This document shows, in pieces, positions 1 through 23,210 of a stretch of 64,000 nt of DNA. Under the pieces are notes generated by a model. It did no database searches. It was not told where the DNA came from and saw nothing but the letters and a program-made list of their open reading frames with translations. The stretch comes from Tubiluchus corallicola (lineage: Eukaryota > Animalia > Priapulida). The stretch is from assembly GCA_030141605.1 (NCBI GenBank), contig JAQGDQ010000209.1, positions 1 through 64,000 on the forward strand, written 5' to 3'. Positions within the stretch are counted from its first letter, which is position 1. Each line of letters begins with the position of its first letter. The translations under genes and the position numbers were made by a program.

Positions 1-730
1 TCACAACCTTGAGGAGAGGGAATCTGCAGAAAGGGTCAATGAGAATGAATTTAGTAAATTGGGGTTGTCACGCCTCTGCCACCGATGCAAGTCGAATCCA
101 CTTGTGGTTTCCCGTTAATTAACACAGTGGTGTTGTTGGGAGGAGGAAAATAAAACATACAAAAAGCTACATCGGTGTGTCATCGATATGAATATAAGGG
201 GAAGGTAGGTGGCGGGGGATATGAAAACACTATTATAATGCAAAATAGGTAGGTCCGCGAAATCAGCCGAAAACTTCATATCGTTATGTGTGGATGGCCG
301 TTTATAGCTGGCTCTGTTTCTACTGCCAATGAGCTAGAAACTTGAATGTAAATTTTATAGCCATAAAAACCCTGTAATATTGTATTGACCTGTGCCAGAC
401 GTGACGATTTTTGATTAGCTTATTCATCTTGTACTGGAATTCACCAGTGTAATTTGCTTTTGAATCAGTGTGTAAAATTGACTTGTCTTACACACATTTT
501 GAATCTTAACTGCTAAGATTGTTACAATGTGTCATTGCCATGCCGTCATGCCTGTGTTGCTATATATGCAATTGTAAAATGGTAACAGCACTGTCTCACA
601 TTTCCTGTATTCGGGGTTTTTTCCGATATGCAGTTTCCGAGGAGAATAAGAAACTTTCAGCATTAGGCCCCTAAAATCTTGTCCTTATCAAACTTGACTC
701 GCGTTAAATGGCACTAAGGCAAACCATAAA

Positions 731-1400
731 TGTGTGCTTGCAAGCCAAAATCATTCACAAGTCGGCATACTTAAAACTGCATCATAATGCTTCAAAATAG
801 AATGCATCAAAAATTAGGTGAAATATACATTTTTTGTTTTTTTTTTTACAAAAACAAACACAAAATATGTTAGATTTTTGTGTTCCAGCATCAAAACTTG
901 AGGACATTGTTTGGAAAATACAAAAAATTTAATTTTATAACTCCTTACCCACTTATGCCTATAGACTAATATAGCGTTTGTCAAAAACTCGTATTTTCAA
1001 ACTCCAATAGTAGCTCATGGAAGCAATCATTTTGCTTGCGGTTTTTTTCTATAGAGAAGTCCTGATCTTCGTTTTGAAGAGCCATTTACAGGATTTAAGC
1101 ATAACTTCAATGTGCTCTTACAAAGTCCATAGCAACCATAGGTTCGTACCATTGCTAAGTGTTTTTGTAGAAGCACAACAAAAAAGCAATGGCAAAGTTT
1201 GACAGTGATTTTCTCATGATTATGTTTTTCAGTGTGCAGCCTGCACCTCAACTTCAATGTGGGTTATCTCTGCTTACAAATAACGTAGAGCACTGAACTT
1301 GGTATCATGATGATCCTTATGAAATGAGATTCAGGACATGTGAATAACTAAAAAAAGTTTAATTGCCGACTTCTGGACGTTTTTGCTGTGCAAGTAGACA
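731..1400. mobile_element. MITE family A (~670 bp, ~40-bp imperfect TIRs)
   Basis: Ends tgtgtgcttgca...aagtcggca and tgccgactt...tgcaagtagaca are inverted repeats. Homologous copies at 9178..9842, 14400..15069 and 23976..25649. Confidence 0.8.
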
Positions 1401-1656
1401 AATGACATGTAACATGACAGATAACGTATTTTTTGTTGTGAAAAACAGCCAAAGCTTAATGAATTAATGTGCCACCCAGAACATTGAAATGAAATTAGTA
1501 AAAAACATTAATTTTCCTCTCATAATGATTGGCTGAATTTTTAATATTTTGTGGGAAATGCTTGTTTTATGACCTGCGATCTAGAAATATGTGTTCTGCC
1601 TTTTCTGTATCTTCTTTATAAACTGTAATTAGCCTACTGTGATGTGTATTATGTAG

Positions 1657-1793
1657 CTATTCAAAGCTTGGAGGGCTGAAGTTACAACTTTATGCTCGAC
1701 AGATTCCATTGATCTCATGGCATCGCTTGGTGTTGACCACATTGTAGATTATAAATTAGATGATGTTAAATCTGTACTGGAGGAAGTGAAAGG
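1657..1793 (+). pseudogene. RTN4IP1: Orphan duplicate of RTN4IP1 coding exon 5 inside the inverted duplication
   Basis: ag|CTATTCAAAGCTTGG...GTGAAAGG|gtaag encodes LFKAWRAEVTTLCSTDSIDLMASLGVDHIVDYK...; mirror of 14007..14143. No exons 6-8 follow on the + strand. Confidence 0.8.
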
Positions 1794-2294
1794 GTAAGTA
1801 GGCCTGATTAAAACTGTCACAGTTTTTGTTAGCATCAGTGCATGACTTGTGGTTTATGAAATTGGAATAGTATTCCAACTATTCGATTTGTCTACAAACA
1901 ATAATGGCTACAAAGAAATGAGGATTTTGCTTATCAGTTGCGAGCACTTGCAAGTGACCTAGATGTATATGATTTATATTGTGTGTGTTCTGTACAGTCC
2001 TATTGCCCTAACCACACTGTTTTGTTCTGTTATACCGTCATTGTCCATTGTAATTTTCCACTACTTCATGGGTCTTTATTATTCTGCTTTTCATATTCTC
2101 TAAATAAAAATTGTGAGTGTCACTGGTGGCTAAAAGTTAGGTACTGACTGATTATCATGCTTCTGCTAACTGAACGTTAGTAACTATTTAGTTTGGTATA
2201 TTTTGATATGATATGTTTTTGATATATTTGAATATCCGGGATTCTGGACATACAGCTTTGCTACTTTGGGAGCCAAGTCACCTATTAGATAGTT

Positions 2295-5200
2295 CTATGG
2301 CTCTCCATCAATGATTACGCAAGTTGCATCATTTTTGCACTGGTCATTAGTTGGTGAACAAGGGTTGGAGTACTCACAGTCAGGTCCCATATGATCCTCG
2401 TCACATGTGCATTCATAGTCGGGTGGCTCTCCATCAATGATTACGCAAGTTGCATCATTTTTGCACTGGTCATTAGTTGGTGAACAAGGGTTGGAGTACT
2501 CACAGTCAGTTCCCATATGATCCTCATCACATGTGCATTCATAGTCGGGTGGCTCTCCATCAATGATTACGCAAGTTGCATCATTTTTGCACTGGTCATT
2601 AGTTGGTGAACAAGGGTTGGAGTACTCACAGTCAGTTCCCATATGATCCTCATCACATGTGCATTCATAGTCGGGTGGCTCTCCATCAATGATTACGCAA
2701 GTTGCATCATTTTTGCACTGGTCATTAGTTGGTGAACAAGGGTTGGAGTATTCACAGTCAGTTCCCATATGATCCTCATCACATGTGCATTCATAGTCGG
2801 GTGGCTCTCCATCAATGATCACGCAAGTTCCATCATTTTGGCAAGGGTTTACAGTGCCATAGCATGGATTCACGTACTGACAGGTGTCACCCATATTTGT
2901 TGGTTTGCAGTGACACTCATAAGATGCAGTATCGTCACCTGTAATTGTATATTCACATGATCCCCCATTTTGGCAAGGGTTAGAGGGGCTACAAGGATTT
3001 ACAATAGTACAAAATTCTCCTATCCAGCCTGTTAAACACTTGCATACTGGCTCTTCGATATCCTCTTCATCTGACTCACAAGCTCCATTATCACCACATG
3101 GGTTATTAGTCTCAGAGCATGGATTATCAATTTCACATGTTTCACCAACAAAGTCATTTGTACAGTCACAGATAGCTCCAGTTGGATAATCTTCATCATT
3201 GGGTTTGCATGTTGCTTCATTTTGACAAGGATTACTATTACCAAAGCATGGATCTTGGAAGCACTGAACTCCCATGTAGCCCTCATCGCAAAGACAAATA
3301 GCTTCCTCCGGATTATCATCCTTGGGTTTGCACTGCCCATTACCATTACAAAAGTCATTCCCATTGACAAGGCATGGATCTTCATACTCACAAGTATCAC
3401 CAACGTAACCATCATAACAAACACAATGAAATTTACAACTGTCATCAGATAAGCCCGGATAACAATCACCATTCCCATTGCATGCCTGAGGATCTTGTTC
3501 GCACCAGTTACATATCTCACAGTAGTCACCAGACCACCCAATGTCACACCAACAGTAAAAAGGTTCAAAATTTGAATCACATGTTCCACCATTTTGGCAA
3601 GGTTCTAAAGCACAGGGATCTTCGTGCTCATTTTCACAATACAAACCAGTCCATCCTTCAGCACAGAAGCAAACCCACAGAGTGTCATCTCCATAACATG
3701 TTCCACCATTTTGACAATCAACACTGTCACAAGCTGTAGAAAAAAAGGGTTGATTATCAGCAAACATACAAATCATTAAATAAAAAATTCAATTGTATAA
3801 AAGGCTTTGCTGAGTCTGTAATAATTATAAAATGCTAACAGCATTCTTACTCATTACAAACCCTTGTTCCTGGTAACATTTATAATATAGTATTTGTAAG
3901 ACAAATAACATATTATAAAAGTAATGTAAAATAGCAGCCAATGGAACTAATTTTCGAGATTTTAAACTGATAATTAATTATCTACTTCAGCAAGTTCTTT
4001 GTGCTGTCTTTATTTCATCTTTCTAAAAGCTAGGTACTAAAGTTATTAATTGTTTAGTGTTATATGCAAAAAACGTTTAGATACTGAAGTGAAAATCTAA
4101 AAAATTAATAGGTGAAAAATTTAGTTAAAACAACAAAAATTTGTGTAGCCAATGTAAACAGTTCACGAAAGGGAAGTTTTCATTTGCTAATGTTCTAATC
4201 ATAGCTTTGCTTCACTTCAGAAACTCCAGAAACTAAAAAGCAGTGAGGCTGCTTTTAAGACATTATGGAACCCAATTAATTTTCTAATAGTAATCAAAAA
4301 TCGAAATAAGTTTTCTTTAAAAAAACAAAAAGAATTGTTCGATGTTGAGGCAAAATTTTCTTTCCTGGATTATCAAAAATGGTGTGCTAATTAACATACT
4401 AGAGGTGTACTTCACAATAATGTTAAAAAAGGAAAAACATCAGCCATTAAGGAGTCATAAAAACTTATAAGCATCCAGAAACGGCTAAAGCATATCGCTG
4501 TTTTAGCTACATCTGTGTTTTCAGGGAAGCAGCAGTTTTCGGTCAATATTTTGCACGTTGTGCTGCCACTGCTTCCTCACTGAGCATGGTCTATAAACCA
4601 TAAATGAGTAGCTCATGCCTACAAGCACACATTTCTGCAGTTAACAGGTTATTTTACTACAAAATGCTCTTAGATGAAAAAGCACGTTGTGACTCAGCAG
4701 TCAGATTACAAGTAAAGAGGTATGAGCACTAGCAGAGAGAGAATTTCTGACCATAAGAATGTAATAAGCACCTAAGTAATATAGACATTTTTAATGCATG
4801 CTCTCAATGTCTAGGACAGAAATTTCTTGGAAACCGTAACCAATGTGTGGGAAATGATTTCATACACAATGGAAAAGAGATTGTACAGCGTTAACTGCAT
4901 TAGTATAAGTAAACTATGCCATCTTGAAAATAAACATGGTAGTTAATATTGTGATGATCTAAATGGTGCCAGAAAAAATTTGCAAACTGCAAATGTTCAA
5001 TATCTCAGAGCAAAATGAGCAAGAATGCTGGTTTGTCTAGTTTTCGAACTCCATTTACCACAAATTGTAAGTAAGGCAACATTTTTCTTAAGGCGAGATG
5101 AAACAAACTTACAGATGCAGAACTGCTTACAAAGCAAAGTTAGAATTATTTAAAACACAGTGAAATTTAAATTTCTACCTAATATGTAAGCCAGCATGGG

Positions 5201-6945
5201 TAAGCTACACGACTAAGGTTTGTTTTCACAAATTAGACAATTTACAAAAAAAACAATTAATTAAAAAGTTCCACGAGTATCAATACATATTACAACATTG
5301 TTAAGAAACAGTTCAAGGTTTCAATACATTAGGAAAAACAACTTGTTTATAACCCACCTAGAGCAAAAGGTGAAAAAATCTCATTCTCAGAAGCCACTGT
5401 CACAGATATCATACTTATCAAAAGCAAAAGCCTGGCATCCATATTTTTCAACATTTCTGACTTCAGATTTTAGAAATTGACAAGTCCTGTAACCATTATT
5501 TCCAGTGCACATTCACCATGTACAAGTCTAATGTCTCAAATGCTGCATAACCACAGCACAGATCACTGTAACACGATTTATTTTTGTCTCAAATAAAAAT
5601 GAAAAATTTGAGATAACAATATTGAGATATTTTACCACCAAATACTACCAGTTTTAAATATGCACAGATAACTAGTCGTGGGTGTAGCTGAAAATGTGTA
5701 AAAAATACAATAGCTATGGACTTGCTTTTGTCGCTATCAAATTAGAAATGCTGCCTTGCGTAAAGCAATGATCAGCAAACTTTGGCAAAGGTAGACATTT
5801 AAGATAAGCTATAATCTTTGACGTAGTTGTACAGGGAGAGGAGCTGTCACTCAAAAATGTTTTTCAGTAAATAAGTTAGCTGATATGCTTGCAATGACTA
5901 TCTTAAGTTCCAATTTCATGTGCATGCCAAGCTAATTGATTTTTCAATGTGCACCATTAAAAACGCATTAGAAATTACTTTATTTGGCCAAGACATCAAG
6001 TATTTTTATGTTTGCAAATATAGAAAAGCCAAAATATCCTTCTTATTACTTGCTTTTGAAAATAGTTTTGATCGATTATGGAGAGGTAAAAAAACTCATA
6101 ACAAAGATCTAAAGTATATTATCAGTTTTTCATTTTTGATAGACCTAACTAACACTAATAAATCAAACTCCTATGATTTCTATCATTCTTAACTCACTGC
6201 ATAAAATATGATTCAGCACTTAAGGCTGTAAATAAAAATACGAAAGAGTTCTCCTGAGACTTGCCATCTTAACATGCACTTGTCATTTCAAAATAGGTAT
6301 TTTTAATTTCTTACAAAAGCTTTCACCCTAGCAGGCTTAATCAGCTGAAAAATTACAGAGAAAACGTTGAAAACATTATATACCACCATGAAACAAAAAT
6401 ATTAAAAGCAGAAACACTAGCTAAATGTCACTGATTTTCTTAATACAATATTCTTGATTACAATAAGCAGGAGAAAAAGCGAAAAATGACTACACAAGTC
6501 TTCTTTTCCAACTGCGACATTTAGCTACTATTTTTGTTTTTAATATCCTTGCTTTTTTTAATCACTCAAAGTCAAAATTTAATGATTATTTCTAAAGCAT
6601 CTTATTAAGATAATTGTAATCATCTTATTGAGATAATTGTCGCATCTTCAAAAAATAGTGCTGCAATATTTAGTAAAATACTGCACACAATCCAGTGTAA
6701 ATTTTATAATTTCACATAAATCGTGAAAAGTAATTAATATAGTAATATCACAATGTATTTAGTTTCAATGGTTTCTTATAGACAGTCACAAATTAGTCAT
6801 AGTTATTTAAGTCAGTCAGTTACCAACTGACAGATAGGGTACTTTCATATGCTTCATTTAAACAAAATTTCCATGCCAAAATGTTCAAACAACTAATACG
6901 TGATAATTCACCAAGTAGTAACACAAATAAGTGAATTATCATCAT
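2295..6945 (-). CDS. Secreted multi-EGF-repeat protein (11 complete plus 1 truncated EGF-like domains; acidic, Notch/fibropellin-type repeats), 3'-truncated
   Basis: Predicted exons 6945..6912, 6225..6198, 5122..5113, 3869..3851, 3733..2295, all GT-AG and frame-consistent: MMIIHLFVLLLALSA-ESYFMHSASEQGFVMTCDSVDCQNGGTC... The large exon has repeated C..C.N.gtC...C.C..G..G..C EGF patterns. The stop at 2295..2297 is supplied by the duplication junction. The EGF exon is secure; the 5' exons are inferred. Confidence 0.85.
2298..2840 (-). repeat. Coding tandem repeat, 126-bp unit (42-aa EGF module), ~4.3 near-identical copies
   Basis: Unit PPDYECTCDEDHMGTDCEYSNPCSPTNDQCKNDATCVIIDGE repeats with only a few nucleotide changes. 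Confidence 0.95.
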
Positions 6946-7560
6946 GCAGATCAGCCATCTTGTACTAAACAAACTTTTACTGCACCATTTCTTTGAGTGC
7001 CACGCCTGGCTAGAACTAGAAAATAGTGAGATAAGAAAGCAAGAGTTCACTAGTTCAAATAGTACACAGAAAAAGGACAGTTAGCAATGGATAACAAAAA
7101 TAACAGTAAAGAAACGAAAAAAAGACTCTGCTTATATTCCTCTCCAAAGCCTAAAAGTGTCAGATGGCTTGCATGGTGCAAATAATAGTAAGAAAGGTAC
7201 AGGCGATAAATGTATAAAGTTTTCTAACATATAGTTCTTGCGTTATATTACATATAACTATTAGCTACAGTACAAGGCTTGAAATTCCCAAAGATTTATA
7301 AACCTTGAGATCAACATCTTTGCACACGATAAAGAAAATACAACGAAAACAGTGTTGTGATTTAGGACAGAAAACCTTATCCGGCTTAGTAGCATGTCAT
7401 ACTAAGTTATACTAAGGAACTCATATTAAATGTATAAAATGGAATTCTAATAAAGATGATTTGTCTAAGAAAATATATGCAAAAAGTACTATTTTCCTAA
7501 ACATAACATAAATACATAATATAATTATTTATAAAACTGACTTGTTAGATCACATCAGTG

Positions 7561-19350
<11,790 letters not shown>

Positions 19351-20245
19351 TGTTACAAGTTTACCTGAAATTAATCAAATAGTTGAATGCTTGAGTTTAA
19401 TTAGGATTGAATTCCATCCCACATTAAATACAATTTGTTACAAATAATTATTTGATTACTTATTTGCTTCAAAAATGTCAAGTATTGGTTATTTTGCTGA
19501 ATAATCAATTACTGAATAATTAATTTTTGAAAAGGGGTTGCAGTGTTTGATAAAGAACTTAAACTGAAAAGTGGTGAATAAAATAGTGGTTAAAGTAACT
19601 GTGCCACCATGGGGGCTCATCATTACGACATTACATTAGGGATAAAGTGAGTTCAGCTAAAGTATTTCGCAGTATTAATAGTATTCACAAGCACACAGGC
19701 CCTCACCATGTACCAATTTGCCGTATCCTACGGCAATGTAAAACAAGACAGTACATAGTAAAACGACAAATGGCACAGCGATACACAGTACGACTGTGCA
19801 CGGGATGTCGAGAAAGCTGTATACGTCCTAAAACATGGCACGTTGCACTTCTTGAGTACAAAACGTACCTGTTTACTGTTGTTGCCCACGATAATTAGAC
19901 TTTATTCATTTCCTCTCAACATGCACCGTCCCTCATATCTAGAGATGTATTAAAATTTTACTAAATTATTACACTAAAGTATTTTTCGAATAAACAGTCA
20001 ACGAGTTACCCGTATCAAAGTCGGGAATCTTTTTATCTTCACAAATTTCGTCTAGTTTATTTCACAAATTTTCCACGACTGGAAGAAAATTTACCTAGTC
20101 ACTAATGTATTTTTTCATAATACTTATAGATGAGTGACGAGCTGAGCATTCTTTACCAGAAAGTGTATTTCGACCAAATCAATTTAAAACTTTCGAACAC
20201 GAATCAAACCGAATTTTAGCACATTCGAATCCAAATTGAACTCTT

Positions 20246-20627
20246 ATAAGCCTTTTCGCAGTTTCGTTGTATGCACGCAAAGCTGCAGCTCAACTTTTTA
20301 AATGTTCCACAGCAACGTGTCTTAACTGCAAGCGTCACCTGACACGTGTGTAAACCAAAGCCGTTTACCTCGCCAGTTCAGTAACTTCTGTTGTTTTACA
20401 TAGACTTTACTTAACTGAACATTAATCTGTGCATAGAGTGATTTACTAACAGGATTTTCTTTGGGAACAAGGAAAAATAAATTAGGCAAAGTTCTAGCTA
20501 GCTGTTACTATATATTATAATATCTTGGGCTGCGAGGCATTTTCAAGTGCACACCATTGTCTGGTACACTTTATCTTTGACATATTCAAGGTCATCATCA
20601 ATCGCTGTAATAGTAAAAAGACTTATT
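20246..20627. mobile_element. MITE family D (aataagccttttt.cagt TIR)
   Basis: Homologous to 35399..35766 and 39905..40270. Confidence 0.75.
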
Positions 20628-21079
20628 CAGTTTAAAGATTTTCCAATACGATATTCGATTTGATTTGAATGTTCAATGTTACCGTCCCAGTCAACAATCA
20701 TTAAATAGTTTGATGGCCTTGTCGACCATCAGTTTTGATCCACCAGTCTGTTTTAATGTCTGACAAGTTATTCTCTGTCTATATCTCATTAACGGTCAAA
20801 TTAAGTGGAACCATTTTTATAAATATGAAACTATTTTTGTGTGCTTTCATGTTTTTTCTGTATAATTACAGAATTCATACTACATTAGTATTCCAAAACA
20901 CATGTACAAATTATATGCTCTTGGATATATTCATTTGATAATTTGAAGCAGTTATTTTTTAAATCAAAGTAGAGAATGGAGGCAACTACATTGGCCATAA
21001 TCGTTACCTCAGTCTTTTTGCATTTTTCTTTTTGATTTTTTAACAATTGTTCACCCTCTTTAACTACATCATTCATATG

Positions 21080-21935
21080 TCAACATTCCCATGTCGCACT
21101 TGAGTGAAACCTGTTAAACACAACCGAAAGGTTCTAGGAGGTGATAGCTGTTATAGGTGGATTCACCTAAGACGCTCACTGCTATCAGTTAATGATTATA
21201 ATGAACTGGTTCCAGATGATAATGAATGGTTTTGCCACTTTGTCTACAATCTATTTTTCCGTTTAATATTATACCACATGATGAAGAACTTAAAAATATT
21301 GCACGTTTTTCAAATATTGGTTCTATCTTGTGCGACTATAATTTAAATCTCTTTTCCACTGAATCAGATGATAGCAATAATATCACGAATAGGTCAGATC
21401 CTGATTTAAATTTTTTTAATACATCAAACTTAATACCAAAAATAATTACTATGATGAAGATCAGTTCACATCTTGTACAGTAACACTGATTTCAATACAC
21501 CACTATCTATGGTCCATGTTAATATTCGTAGCCTAAAAAGCTGATTTTGATTATTTAAATGTATATTTAGAATCACTAACTATAAGTTTTTCAATTATTG
21601 CTCTATCAGAAACATCGCTCCAAGCTGATTCACGAGTAACCATTTCCCTGCCTGAATATGAATTTGAATGTATCTATCATAAACACAAATCTGGTGGTGG
21701 AGTCGGCTTACTTATAAGAAAAGACATACCTTATACAGTGAGAAAAGACCTATGCCACATGAATGATCCAGATATATAATCATCTTTCATTGAATTATGC
21801 AGCAAGAATAAAAATACAATAATGGGAGTAATGTATAGTCCACCTGGTGAAAATCCTGATCATTTTACAGACAAAATACAGAACACTATGCAATTGTTAA
21901 TAGACTAAGGAAACACATTTTTTTACTAGGAGACT
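21080..21935 (+). mobile_element. Degenerate CR1/L2-clade LINE ORF2 5' portion (PHD finger plus APE endonuclease)
   Basis: Broken frames give KPVKHNRKVL..DSCYRWIH...EWFCH (PHD-like), DPDLNFFN, MVHVNIRSL, IIALSET, GGGVGLLIR, MGVMYSPPG and FLLGD (EEP motifs), with stops and frameshifts. Confidence 0.8.
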
Positions 21936-22206
21936 GCTCAGGAATCTCAGTTTGGGCATTTCCTCTCACTGCTATGCCGAATTATTTCGCTGATTTAGGG
22001 AAGATGTACATGTATCTGACTGTGGCTGTGAAAACATTGAAAAGAATGAGTTGCAAATTTGAAATACACGGGAATCAACGTGAGTTAAGAGTACTAAAAT
22101 ATGGCACATTGTGACAGTCTGCTATACTCGCCATTTTCAATAATTATGATAGTTCTCTTGTTTAATGTGCTGTAAATTAATTAGAAGTACAAAGAGAGAT
22201 GGAGAG

Positions 22207-22316
<110 letters not shown>

Positions 22317-22778
22317 AAACAGAGGAGTTATGCCATTAAAATAGCAGATCTTGCGACTAAAAATGCAACCAAGATTACATTTTTTCTGTGAAACGAGTAT
22401 TCTAGGAAAATATTTTCTGAGGAAGAAAGTTTTGGGGGAAATTTTTTTCTGGTAAGTTGTCATTTCCGGGAAGTGTTTTTTCTTGATAAAAGTTTTCTGG
22501 AAAACGTACATAAACCGTTCTAGTCTTTACGCTTTAATAAACTAAAAGCCATAATATGTCTTTGCGTGAGTGAGAGCATGCTATTATTTTCACTATTTTC
22601 GAGAATTCATTTTCATCACTAAACTAAAAACAGCTTCACAATCTGCATTAAATGCGGATAGCAACTGGTAACGCACTTACTTAGGTAGGTTAACTGCTGC
22701 ATATTTATTTCTTTAACTTAAGTTATCAGTTGTACAGTAGAATGTTTCTGTAGTCGTTTTGCATCTTTCACTCGCTGT

Positions 22779-22938
<160 letters not shown>

Positions 22939-23210
22939 CGATGTGTTCATCGGCGTCAACTGCCCTCTAATGTGATTAATGCGGTATGTGGAGGCGTCGT
23001 TGCGGATTTACTTTTGATTCCATTTTGAACTTTGCGTTTATTTACAAATTCTTTTGTATGATAATTGATGACGCCATATATTGTTATGACGCTGATTTAA
23101 GCGAAGCTTATTTAAGGCGTTTAACGGCTTTTGTTAATTTAAAACAAACCTGAGTGCAATGCACGTACTATTAATATTGTATGCACTCTAGGCATAAACG
23201 ATTCACCATT

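Larger units (their letters stand above)
1..2301. repeat. Left arm of a >=2.3 kb near-identical inverted duplication (partner 13499..15799); runs off the window start
   Basis: Position i pairs with 15800-i throughout (ORFs 1017..1202/14598..14783, 1027..1257/14543..14773 and 1938..2147/13653..13862 give identical proteins). Only two mismatches were noticed by eye (245, 280). Identity stops at 2301/13499. Confidence 0.97.

Noticed and set aside
1017-1257. ORFs of 61 and 76 aa, and their mirrors at 14543..14783
   Set aside because: They lie inside MITE A and show no recognisable protein features.
2769-3739. ORFs overlapping the EGF exon in other frames or on the other strand
   Set aside because: Shadows of the real EGF frame.
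3734-3776. N-terminal extension MICMFADNQPFFST of the 493-aa ORF
   Set aside because: Intronic polypyrimidine tract; the acceptor is at 3735/3734.
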